From the NCBI RefSeq assembly GCF_009914755.1, contig NC_060929.1: a stretch of DNA of 64,000 nucleotides; one strand, written 5' to 3'. Both the position numbers and the translations under genes were made by a program. The DNA comes from the human T2T-CHM13v2.0 reference genome, Homo sapiens. The notes beneath the pieces are model-generated. The model saw only the letters and a list, made by a program, of their open reading frames with translations. It had not been told where the DNA came from and ran no database searches. How positions within the stretch are numbered: position 1 is the stretch's first letter; each line of letters begins with the position of its first letter. Below, in pieces: positions 1 through 15,118 of this stretch.

Positions 1-1290
1 ATTTCTTTTGCTGTGCAGAAGCTCTTTAGTTTAATACGATCCCATTTGTCAATTTTGGCTTTTGATGTAATTGCTTTTGGTGTTTCAGTCATGAAGCCTT
101 TGCCCACACCTATGTCCTGAATAGTATTGCCCAGGTTTTCTTCTAGGATTTTTATGGTCCTAGGTCTTATGTTTAAGTATTTGATCCAACTTGAGTTGGC
201 TTTTGTAGAAGGTGTAAGGAAGGGATCCAGTTTCAGTTTTCTGCTTATGGCTAGCCAGTTTTCCCAACACCAGTTATTAAATAGGGAATCCTTTCCCCAT
301 TGCTATGATTTCTGTTCTTTTGCATTTGCTGAGGAATGTTTTACTTCCAAATATATGGTCAATTTAGAGTAAGTGTGATGAGGTGCTGAGAAGAATGTAT
401 ATTCTCTTGATTTGGGGTGGAGAGTTCTGTAGACGTCTATTAAGTCCACCTGGTCCAGAGCTGAGTTCAAGTCCTGAATATTCTAGTTAATTTTCTGTCT
501 CGTTGATCAGTCTAACATTAAAAGTGAGGTGTTAAAATCTCCCACTATTATTGTGTGGGAGTCTAAGTCTCTTTGTAGGTCTCTAAGAACTTGCTTTATG
601 AATCTGGGTTCTCCTGTAGTGGGTGCATATATATTTAGAAGAGTTAGCTCTTCTTGCTGCATTGATCCCTTTACCATTATGTAATCCCCTTCTTTATCTT
701 TTTTGATCTTTGTTGGTTTAAAGTCTGTTTTATCAGAGATTAGGATTGCAACTCCTGCTCTTTTTGCTTTCCATTTGCTTGATAAATATTCTTCCATCCC
801 TTTATTTTGAGCCTATGTGTGTCTTTGCATGTGAGATGTGTTTCCTGAATACAGCACACTGATGGATCTTGACTCTTTATCTAATTTGCCAGTCTGTGTC
901 TTTTAGTTGGGGCATTTAGTTCATTTACACTTAAGGTTAATATTGTTATGTGTGAATTTGATCCTGTCATTATGATGCTAGCTGGTTGTTTTGCCCATTA
1001 GTTGATGCAGTTTCTATATAGTGTATATGTTCTTTACAATTTGGTATGTTTTTGCAGTGGCTGATACTGGTTATTCCTTTCCATGTTTAGTGCTTCCTTA
1101 AGGAGCCCTTGTAAGGCAAGCCTGGTGGTGCCAATATCTCTCAGCATTTGCTTGTCTGTAATGGATTTTATTTCTCCTTCGCTTATGAAGCGTAGTTTGG
1201 CTGGATATGAAATTCTGGGTTGAAAATTCTTTTCTTTAAGAATGTTGAATATTGGCCCCCATTCCCTTCTGGCTTGTAAGGTTTCTGCAG
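1..1290 (-). mobile_element. L1PA-type LINE-1 (ORF1 3' part, ORF2 endonuclease, then ORF2 3' part), internally deleted; runs off the window start
   Basis: Minus-strand ORFs 507-797 (AGVAILISDKTDFKPTKIK, IIVGDFNT: L1 APE endonuclease) and 1034-1303 (AETLQARREWGPIFNILKEKNFQPRISYPAKL: ORF1p C-terminal region). Bases 1-304 match the ORF2 3' region. Confidence 0.95.
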
Positions 1291-1462
1291 GAGAGGCTAA
1301 CATTCAAATTCAGGAAATACAGAGAACACCACAAAGATACTCCTCAAGAAGAGCAACACCAAGACACATAATCATCAGATTCACCAAGGTTGAAATGAAG
1401 GAAAAAATGTTAAGGGCAGCCAGAGAAAAGTCAGGTTACCCATAAAGGGAAGCCCATCAGAC
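1291..1462 (+). mobile_element. Inverted 5' segment (ORF1) of the same L1
   Basis: The + strand encodes ANIQIQEIQRTPQRYSSRRATPRHIIIRFTKVEMKEKMLRAAREK, the ORF1p stretch just upstream of where the minus-strand piece begins. Confidence 0.93.
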
Positions 1463-1789
1463 CAATATGTTTTTATTTCTGAGATTAGTAATGATGGGGC
1501 AAAATCATTTTTATGAACTATGGTGTCTGTTTCCATTGGTCGCATATTAGGATCATTGCCAAAATCATGGTATGACATGGCTTGTGTGTTATTTCTCCTG
1601 CAGGCCCACAAACATTGGCTCCTTGGCTCACTAAGATATTCTGCAAAGTACATAATTAATGTAATGTATTATTTTTCTTCTTAAACTATTTAGAGAGATT
1701 TTGTTTACAACTAGAAACACTAACACAGAAATTGATGCTAGGAGAATTAATCCTAAACAAAATAATTTCCTGAACTAAATTTGCTCTCC

Positions 1790-1995
1790 ATCACATTCTC
1801 TATCACAGATCTTCGTTTCTTTTTTTCTTAGCAGAAATCCCAACTGATAAAATATTATGTATTTCTTTGTTCACTATGCCCTCTTACAAAATGTGAGTCC
1901 ATAGGGACAGGGCAGGGATCCTGTCTCTCTTCTTATTTTCTCTCTAAAGTTCAGCATATTTCCTGTCATGGACTCAAATATTTAATGAGAGAAGA
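1790..1995 (+). mobile_element. Ancient L2 3'-end fragment
   Basis: Degenerate L2 tail motifs (aatgtgagtccat...ggcagggatcctgtctct...ctcaaatattt). Confidence 0.55.
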
Positions 1996-2257
1996 AATTA
2001 GGAAGAAACTCTTTCCTTTGATACTGTAGAAAAGAATAAGAAAGGGCACAAACCTAAATATGTCTGAGGTGCGATGGAAGGAAATTGAAGAAATTATATA
2101 AGACATTCTAAAATGTATTTTACATTCCTTAGATATTAGAGAATATAAATCAAAACAGCTTTTTTATGGTTTGGGATTATCATTATAACCATCAATTCCT
2201 GTTTGTGTCTCAATAAGACTAGGAAAGGACTGAAATGCCATATACCTGAACATGGGT

Positions 2258-2832
2258 TGTGATGGTTAGTACTACATATCAACTTGATTGGGCTGAGAGA
2301 TGCCTAGATGGCTGGTAAAGTATTCTTTCTCGATATAACTGTGAGTGTATAACCAGAGGGGATTGACATCTGAGTCAGTGAACTAGGAGAGGAAAACCCA
2401 CTCTCAATGTAGGTGGGTACCATCTAATTGCCTGCCAGCACAGCTAGAACAGTGCAGATGGAAGAAGCGGGGATAAACTTGCTTGCTGAATCTTCCACTT
2501 CTCTTTCTTCCCTTGTTGGACACTTGCTTCCTCTCTTTCTGCCCTTGGACATCAGGCTCCAGGTTCTTTGGCCTTTGGACTCTAGAACTTGTACCAGTGG
2601 CCTCCTTCTCAGATCTTCAGCTGCAGACTGAAGTTTTACTGTCATCTTCCCTGGTTTTGAAGCTTTTTGACTTGGTCTGAGCCCCTACTACCTCTGTCTT
2701 TCCCCAGCTTGCAGTTGGCCTGTCTTGGGACTTTGCTGTGTAATTGGGTGAGCCAATTCTCTCTATGAAACTTCCTTTGTATGTTCATATATCCTATTGG
2801 TTCTGCTCCCTTAGAGAACTTGGACTACTACA
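2258..2832 (+). mobile_element. MLT2-family (ERVL) solo LTR
   Basis: Starts TGTGATGGTTA...ATCAACTTGATTGG and ends CCTATTGGTTCTG...GACTACTACA, typical MLT2 termini. Confidence 0.88.
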
Positions 2833-2847
2833 CTGGAGTTCCCATGC

Positions 2848-3243
2848 TGCCTTAGTCTGTTTGTGTTGCTGTAAAGGAATACCTGAGGCCGGGTAATTTA
2901 TAAAGAAAGAAGCTTATTTGGCTCATGATGCTGAAGGCTGTACAAGAAGCATGGTGAGGGCCTCAGGTTGCTTCCACACATGGAGAAAGGTGAAGGGAAT
3001 CACGTGTGCAGTGATTGCATGGTGAGAGAGGAAGCAAGAGGGGGTGGGGGAGGTGCCCAGCTCTTTTTAACTAATAGAATGATAACTCACTCACCTCCCC
3101 CACCACAAAAAGGCAGGGCATTAATCTATTCATGAACGATCTGCCCTATGACCCAAACACCTCCCCATTAGGCCTCACCTCCAACAATGGGGATCAAAAT
3201 TCAAGAAGAGATTTTGAATGCACCAACCATCCAAATTATAACA
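2848..3243 (-). mobile_element. MST-family (ERVL-MaLR) solo LTR
   Basis: TGCCTTAGTCTGTTTGTGTTGCTGTAAAGGAATACCTGAG...ACCCAAACACCTCCCCATTAGGCC...CCAAATTATAACA matches a reverse-oriented MST LTR. Confidence 0.88.
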
Positions 3244-3462
3244 CTTTCCCATTCTCATTTTTCTTAGTTCCTTCTCAGCTATCCTCATGATCACTTCTTG
3301 TATTATTTGTAAATTGCCTGGTGCCTGACTTCGAGAAGTTTGTAATAAGAAGAAAATGAATTTTGGAATTAAATAAATCTGGTTGTGAATGCCACCTGTA
3401 CTCTTCATGACTGGTTTGTTCTTGGGACAGTCATTTAAATACTGATCTTCAGTTTTCTTTTT

Positions 3463-4883
<1,421 letters not shown>

Positions 4884-4904
4884 CAGTTTTCTTTTTAATA
4901 AAAT

Positions 4905-4960
4905 AAAAATAGTAATATACCTAACCTAACAAAAATAGTAATATACCAACCTAACAAAAA
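4905..4960. repeat. Tandem duplication of about 26 bp
   Basis: AAAAATAGTAATATACCTAACCTAAC followed by AAAAATAGTAATATACCAACCTAAC. Confidence 0.85.
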
Positions 4961-7019
4961 TGTTGAAAAATGTAATAAAATGTGTGTAAGGTTGTGATAT
5001 ATAGTAGGTTCTCAATAAAAGGCAACTGTTATAAGAAAATTGATCTTATTAATTTTAGAACTCAGCATTTTGTCCATTTCTTTGCTTTAAGAGGTGCCTG
5101 ATAAATGTTTGACAAATTGAATTCTCTTTGTTCATTAATCTATTTTCTTATTATTTTATTACAACTTCTTTCCTGTTAATGCTATCACTTCTAAATATTA
5201 TAAACTCTCTCTTCCCTCTTTTGTTTCTTTTTGGATTTTCTCTTTCCAATTACAGCCATTTCTTCATGGCATAGTTACAGTAAAATTTGATTTGTGTATA
5301 TATCTCATGAGACAGTACTTGTCCTAGATGAAAAATCATGCAGCTATTTTCTCTCTTCTCCCATCTCTGAATGTCATTTTAGTTTTGTTTCCCTGGTCTC
5401 TCTCCTCAAGCAAATACAGTTTTAATTCTTTTTGCTTCTGTGGTTAAAGGGATCAGCTGAGGGTATTTATTTTCAATATGCCTTGCTGATTAAGGAGGAT
5501 ATCTATAAAACAGCCTCTTTTAATATTTCTATTGAAGTACCTCCCAGATAAATTTTTTTTTCAAAAAGGAAAACTCAAGCACTAAAAACCAAGAATGTCA
5601 GTCAACATACTGCCAGAACCTTGGAGGTTTTCACACTTAGTAAATACTCTGAAACTTCACTGTAACTTGCTACCTAAGGGTGACTCACAGGGAATAAAGC
5701 ATTTCTGAATTTTCAAATGTGGGTAGAGATGCTATCTATCTTTTTACTCCCATTGGCTTCCAATCATTATTTTTGTAGGTTAGTCAAGGAAGAAAACTTT
5801 ATAATTATTTGTTGACAGAGTACTAATGCTAACAAATGGCTTGAATTGCCAGGAAAAACTCCCATATAAGACTCTCATAGGGTTCAATAACTAAGTCCTT
5901 AGGCTTTATAGATACAAGGAGCTCCTCAAGTAGCTTGAAAAGCCCAGAGTTTTGTAATTGTCTTCTCTGTGACCCAACCCTATGATTTTAGACTTAGACT
6001 GACAAACTTTAGAGTTTGGCAACATAACCTCCTTAGAGATAAGTCATCTTTTTGGCTGTCTTAGGGTAGATGTGGGTTTATTTTGTTTTTACAAGTGTTT
6101 GCTCTTCCTCCCACTCACTCTACCACATGCAAGCCTATTAGCACAAGTACGAAAGGTTGGATGTGGTGTCAAAGACTATATCTGACTAATGGTAATGATG
6201 TGTATCAATTGCTTAACCTTGCCTTGTACTAATAGCTGTTGCACCAGTGGCTGGCAAAGATGGGCATTCATTTGATTTGGCTTTTGTAGTTTGTAGTGGT
6301 CCACCTAGTCACTTGTGGTGGCTTTGAATTTGGTTAATTGTAACTTTTCTGTGGATTACTTGGATCAAGATAAACAGTATTTGATGACTTTGATAAATTT
6401 ATTTCTAGTGATATAATTTGGGGAGAGAAACTTAAAAAGATAAAAATCTACTTTTCAGGGAAGCCAGCATATAGAAACAGAAAACTATAGAGTTTTATAG
6501 AATTGATAAAGAGACATGAGTCACAGATATAATATTTTAGAGAAAGTAAGCAAAAAGTATGCACAGCAAACTTCGGTGGGAAAATATGACCTCTGCACAA
6601 CATGTTCTGAATTGGAAATTAAGGATCTCTATTCAAAGGAGAAATCAAAGTCTAGTCTGTTCTCCCATTCCTTGTATAGGTGCATTTACTTGTCAACTTT
6701 TACATAAGACATATTAGAGATGGTTCTTTTATGGTGGTGTTATTTCCCTACCCATCACGGTTTTAACAAGAGGCTTTTTGCTAGGGTTTCACAGTCTGCA
6801 TGTAGATAGGGTATGGCCTGTTGCTAGACTTGAGTTCTAGAATAACCTAGTTCTAGATTATTCTCATATTTTCTCTTTACTCTTGTACCTTGTCTTGAAA
6901 TCCAATACCCTGTCATATCTTTGCTTTTACACATCCCATAATGTAGACCGATAAAATACCTAACCTGACTTGGATTTCTAAAGCAACAAAGCTGACAATG
7001 AATAAATGTCCTGAAACTT

Positions 7020-7690
7020 AAAACAGCAAAGAGATGCATTCTTTTACTCATATTGGTAAAAAAATTTAAAAATTCATAATAAAAAGTATTGGCAGTTTGC
7101 AGGAGGAAAGGGATTCTTACACACTGCTGGAGATGGGACCAAGTGGTACAATACACAAAGAAAATATTGGCAATACCCATTGAAATTTTTAAATGCACTG
7201 ATCTGAAAGCCTAGGAATTCTTTTTCTAGGTATCTACAGACTGGAAAAAGCACTTGCGCATATTTACAAAGAGACATATATAAGAATAATTTTGCAATAC
7301 TAAAATAATATTTAATACTGAATAATTGGAAGTTTCCAAAATTATAACTAATTTACTTCCAGATTATCAAATACAATGCAGCAGGGAGAAGAAAAGCAAT
7401 TTAAAAAGTGGGATACACCAATTACTAGCATTTATAAAGAAAACAGGAATAAACCCACTCTAAAACACACACATGCAAACATAAATGTAACTATATTATA
7501 TATATACATATATGTTTATATGTATATATTGCCCAAGAAACTATACTTTTGCATACAAATGCATAGAAAATGTTTGGAGGAATATACAACAGAGGCAACC
7601 ACTATACTTTTCAAATATAACTTTATATTTCATGAAGAAAATATTTTCATATATTGCTTGTATGATTGAATGTTTATAATAAAACTTACT
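7020..7690 (+). mobile_element. Old L1M (L1ME-like) 3' fragment
   Basis: Degenerate ORF2-end/3'UTR motifs (cacactgctggg...ggaattctttttctaggtatctac...acaaagagacatatataagaat). Confidence 0.65.
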
Positions 7691-8482
7691 AAACATGCTT
7701 CCTCCTTTCCCCCCAACACACACCACATGTCCTGAAAGAAGTTGGGATTTTTAAGCAAGTTGCAGGGTAAGTTAAAACTAATTCAATCAAAACCTGGCAG
7801 AAAACCCAGTTAGATTAAGTTATTTTAATAAGATATTAAAAAGGGATACTTGTCTCTGTTTTGGCCAAGTTGATAAATGTCTTGGGATCACAGATAAGAA
7901 GTATCTGTACTTCTTTCCACTGAAGTTAGAACAAACAAATATGCATATACAGTCATGCATTACTTAACTACAGGGATGTGTTCTGAGAAACACATCCTTA
8001 GGTGATTTCAACCATGTGCAAACATCATGGAGTGTTCTTACACAAACCTAGATGATATACCCTGCTACACTCCTAGGCTATATGGTATAGCCTATTGTTC
8101 CTAGGCTACAAACCTGCACAGTGTGTTACCGTACTGAACACTGTAGGCATTATAATGCAATGGTAAGTGTTTAGGTATCTAAACATATCTAAACGTAGAA
8201 AAGACACAGGAAAAATATGGTATGAAAGATTAAAAATAGTATACCTGTATATAGTACTTACCATAGATGGAGCTTGCAGGACTGGAAGTTGGTCTGGATA
8301 AATCAGTATGTGAGTAGTGAGTGAATACGAAGGCCTAGGACATTACTGGGTGCTACTGTGGATTTCATAACAGTGTACACTTGGTTCACTTAGGCTATAT
8401 TCAATTTATTTTAAAAGTAATTCTTTACCAATACTTTTCTCTTAGCTTTCTGTAATATTTTTGCTTTATAAACTTTTTAAAA

Positions 8483-10395
<1,913 letters not shown>

Positions 10396-11129
10396 AATCC
10401 AGCAGCACATCAAAAAGCTTATCCAACATGATCAAGTCAGCTCCATCCCTGGGATGTAAGGCTGGTTCAACATACGCAAATCAATAAACCTAATCCATCA
10501 CATAAACAAAACCAATGACAAAAACCACGTGATTATCTCAATAGATGCAGAAAAGGCCTTCGATAAAATTCAACACCACTGCATGCTAAAAACTCTCAAT
10601 AAATTTGGTATTGACAGAACGTATCTCAAAATAATAAGAACTATTTATGACAAACCCACAGCCAATATCATACTGAATGGGCAAAAGCTGGAAGCATTCC
10701 CTTTGAAAACTGGCACAAGACAAGGATGCCCTCTCTCACCACTCCTATTCAACATAGTATTGGAAATTCTGGCCAGGGCAATCAGGCAACAGAAATAAAT
10801 AAAGGGTATTCATATAGGAAGAGAGGAAGTCAAATTGTCTCTGTTTGCAGATGACATGATTGTATATTCAGAAAATCCCATCATCTCAGCCCCAAATCTC
10901 CTTAAACTGATAAACAGCTTCAGCAAATTCTCAGGATACAAAATCAATGTGCAAAAATCACAATCATTCCTATACACCAATAACAGACAGAGATCAAAAT
11001 CATGAGTCAACTCCCATTCGCAGTTGCTACAAAGAGAATAACATACTTAAGAATAAAACTTACAAGGGATGTGAAGGACCTCTTCGAGGAGAACTACAAA
11101 CCACTGCTCACGGAAATAAGAGAGGATAC
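10396..11129 (+). mobile_element. Inverted 5' segment (ORF2 reverse transcriptase core) of the L1 at 8483-10395
   Basis: ORF 10529-10798 has [12 protein letters not shown]...[15 protein letters not shown], followed by TTTGCAGATGAC (FADD). It ends at GAGAGGATAC, just upstream in L1 coordinates of where the minus piece starts. Confidence 0.94.
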
Positions 11130-13587
11130 TTTGGAAACTTTTTAAAAATTTTTGATTCTTTTGTAATAACAGAGCTTAAAACACAAACACACTTTATAGC
11201 TGTACAAAAATATTTTCTTTTTTTATATCTCCATTCTATAAGCTTTTTTCCTATTTTTAATTTTTTTTTACTTTTTGAACTTTCTTCTTAAAAACTAAGA
11301 CACAGACACAAACATTAGTCTAGAATTATGTCTATTATTCTCTGTTCCATTTCAATATCTAAAATATACAAATATTCTTTGCAGTATTTTCAGCTCTCTG
11401 CCTAAAGAGGGAGTTTTTGGCCACATGAATGGCTTTGCTTCTTAATAACTAGGAACTCTAGCAATGAGAGGGAACGCTGCCTGGGGTAGAAATCTTGAAC
11501 TGATGATGTAAGCAAATTCCAATTTCCTTTTGCCTTATCAACACATAGTAACAAAGTATTGGCTAACATCTCTTTTAGCCATGTATATGAAAAAGAGAAA
11601 ATAATATTCCTAATTTTAAAGGATTTTAATTGAAGAGTAATTGGCTATTACTCATTTCCTTGTGATATAAACTTTAAAAAGTATAAGACTATTTAGTCCA
11701 CCTTGCTTCAAGCATAATTTACTAATTGTCTCTCTTCCTATAAGAAGAAATTTTTATTGATTTATATGGCTGTGCCAAGAGATGTATTACAGAGAATTTA
11801 TTTTCTTTTTCAATTTATTTTAGATTAGAGGGTATGTGTGCAACTTTGTTACCTTGATACATTGTATGAGGCTGAGGTTTGCGATATGAATAATCCCATC
11901 ATCGTGGTACTGAGCATAGTACTCAACAATTAGTTTCGCAACCCTTGCTCCCCTCCCACCCTCCCTACTCTAGTAGTTCCCAGTGTCAACTGTTGCCATA
12001 TTTATGTACATAAGTACCCAATGTTTAGCTCCCACTCATAAATGAGAACATGCAGTATTTGTTTCTGTTCATGCATTAATTCACTTAGGATAATGGCCTC
12101 CAGCCGCATTCACATTCCTGCAAAGGACGTGATTTTGTTCTTTTTATGGCTACATAGTATTCCATGGTGTATGTATACCACATTTTCTTTATCCAATCCA
12201 CCATTGATGGGCACCTAGATTGATTCCATGTCTTTGCTATTCTGAATAGTGCTGCTATGAACATGCAAATGCATGTATCTTTTTGGTAGATTTGTTTTCT
12301 TTTGGATATACACCTAGAAATGGAATTACTGATTCAAATGGTAGTTCTGTTTTAAGTTTTTTGGGAAATCTCCAAACTACTTTCCACAGTGGCTGAACTA
12401 ATTTACATTCCCACCAGCAGTGTATAAGCATTCTCTTTTCTCTACAGCCTCACCAGTGTCTATTACGTTTTGACTCTTTAGTGATAGCCATTCTAACTGT
12501 TGTAAGATGGTATCTCATTGTGGTTTTGATTTGCATTCTCTGATAATTAGTGATGTTGAGCTTTTTTTTTTTTTTATGGTGACTTGTGGAGTTGTGCCAC
12601 CTGGCCTCCTATGCCTGCTAGCAGTATTCCTTTAAGGGTATGGTGACCTTGGGAAAATCCTTCACAGCACCACTTCCGCCTCAAGATTACCCTGGAAGAT
12701 ATATTTTATTTCCATAGGTTATTGGGGTATTTTTTTCCATAGGTTATTGGTTACATGAGTAAGTTCTTTAGTGGCGATTTGTGAGATTTTGGTGCACCCA
12801 TCACCCGAACAGTATACACTGCACCCTATTTGTAGCCTTTATCTCTCAACCCCTCCCACCCTTCCCCCGAAGCCCCTAAAATCCATTGTATCTTTCTTTT
12901 GCCTTTGCGTCCTCATAGCTTAGCTCGCACATATCAGTGATAACATACAATGTTTAGTTTTCCCTTGCTGTGTTACTTCACTTAGAATAATAGTCTCTAA
13001 TCTCATCCAGTTTGCTACGAATGCCATTAATTCATTCCTTTTTATGGCTGAGCAATATTTCATAGTATTTATATACCACAGTTTCTTTGTCCACTGGCTG
13101 ATTGATGGGCATTTGGGTTGGTTCCACAATTTTGCAATTGCAAATTGTGCTACTATAAACATATGTGTGCAAGTATATTTTTCATATAATGACACTTTTC
13201 CCCTGAGTAGATACCCAGTAGTGAGATTGCTGGACCAAATGGTAGTGCTACTTTTAGTTCTTTAAGGAATCTCCACAATGTTTTCCATAGTGGCTGTACT
13301 AGTTTACATTCCCACCAGCAGTGTAGAAGTGTTCTCTGATCACCACTTCCATGCCAACATCTACTGTTTTTTGATTTTTTTATTGTGGCCATTCTTGCAG
13401 GAATAAGGTAGTATCACATTGTGGTTTTCATTTGCCTTTCCCTGATAATTAGTGCTGTTGAGCATTCTTTTCATTTGTTTGTTGGCCATTTGTATATCTT
13501 CTTTTGAGAATTATCTATTCATATATTTAGCTCACCTTTTGATGAGACTGTTTGTTTTGTTCTTACTGATTTGTTTGAGTTCATTGT

Positions 13588-13712
13588 AGACTCTGAATGT
13601 TGTCATTCAGACTCTGAATGTTGTCATTCAGAGTCTGAATGTTGTCATTCAGACTCTGAATGTTGTCATTCAGAGTCTGAATGTTGTCTTACATCTGTTG
13701 TCAGATGTAAGA
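13588..13712. repeat. 21-bp minisatellite (about 4.8 copies) with palindromic units plus a terminal 11-bp-stem hairpin
   Basis: AGA(C/G)TCTGAATGTTGTCATTC repeats from 13588; TCTTACATCTG-TTGT-CAGATGTAAGA at 13687-13712. Confidence 0.95.
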
Positions 13713-15065
13713 TTGTGAAGATTTTCTCCCACTCTATGGGTTGTTTGTTTACTCTGCTGACTTTTCCTTTTTCCATGCAAAACCTCTTTAGTTTAATTAG
13801 GTCCCAGCTATTTATCTTTGTTTTTATTGCATTCACTTTTTGGTTATTGATCATGAAATCTTTCCCTAAGCCAATGTCTAGAATGGTTTTTCCAATGTTA
13901 TCTTCTAGAATTTTTATAGTTTCAGGTCTTAGATTTAAGTCCTTAATCCATCTTGAGTTGATTTTTGTATAAGGTGAGAGACAAGAATCCAGTTTCATTA
14001 TTCTACATGTGGCTTGCCAATTATCACAGCACCATTTGTTGAAAGGGGTGCCCTTTCCCAACTTTATGTTTTTGTTTGCTTTGTCGAAGATCATTTGGTT
14101 GTAGGTATTTGGGTTTATTTCTGGGATCTCTATTGTATTCCATTGGTCTATGTGCCTATTTTTATACCAGTACCATGATGTTTTGGTGACTATGGCCTTA
14201 TAGTATAGTTTGAAATCAGGTAGTGTGATGCCTCCAGATTTGTTCTTTTGGCTGAGTCTTACTTTGGCTATACAGCCTCTTTTTTGGTTTCATATGAATT
14301 TTAGAATTGTTTTCTCTAATTCTGTGAAGAATGATAGTAGTATTTTCATGGGGATTGTGTTGAATTTGTAGATTGCTTTTGGCAGTTTGGTAAGAGTTTT
14401 AATCATAAAGTGATGCTTGGTTTTGTCAAATGCTTTATCTGCATCTATCGAGATGATCATGTGACTTTTGTCTTTAATTATGTTTATGTGGTATATCACA
14501 TTTATTGACTTGTGTTACATTAAACCATCCTTTCATCCCTAGTATGAAACCCACCTGATCATGATGGATTATCTTTTGATATGTTGTTGGATTCAGTTTG
14601 CTGGTATTTTGTTAAGAATTTTAGCATCTATGTTCATCAGGGATATTGGTCTGCAGTTTTCTTTTTTGGTTATGTCCTTTCCTGGTTTTGGTATTAGGGT
14701 GATGCTGGCTCCATAGGATGAATTAGAGAGGGTTCCCTCTTTTTCTATTTTGTGGAATAGTGTCAATAGGATTGGTATCAATTCTTCTTTAAGTGTCTGG
14801 TAGAATTCTGTTGTGAATCCGTGTGGTCCTGGATTTATTTTTGTTGGTAAAGTTTTAATCACCATTTTAAACTTGCTACTTGTTACTGGTCTGTTCAGGG
14901 TATCTATTCTTCCTAACTTAAGCTAGAAGGGTTGTATTTTTCCAGGAATTTATTCATCTCCTCTAGGTTTTCTAGTTCATGTGCGTAAAGGTGTTCATAG
15001 CAGCCTTGAATGATCTTTTGTATTTCTGTAGTGTCAATTGTAATATCTCTCATTTTATTTTTATT

Positions 15066-15118
15066 TTTTTATTACACTTTAAGTTTTAGGATACATGTGC
15101 GTGACAAACACCGCATGT
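15066..15118 (-). mobile_element. 53-bp L1PA micro-insertion with an inverted 5' piece and 20-bp TSD
   Basis: TSD TCTCTCATTTTATTTTTATT at 15046-15065 and 15119-15138. The insert is an antisense L1PA terminus (ATTACACTTTAAGTTTTAGGATACATGTGC) followed by sense CAAACACCGCATGTTC. Confidence 0.88.

Noticed and set aside
1463-1730. Possible LTR16-like 3' end
   Set aside because: Only the last 50 or so bases resemble the family; it is too diverged to call by eye.
13588-13690. CRISPR-like appearance (palindromic direct repeats) and a CCHSDSE-repeat ORF (13571-13972)
   Set aside because: There are no unique spacers or cas genes and the context is a primate L1. The peptide repeat is just the translation of a 21-bp unit on the L1 antisense strand.
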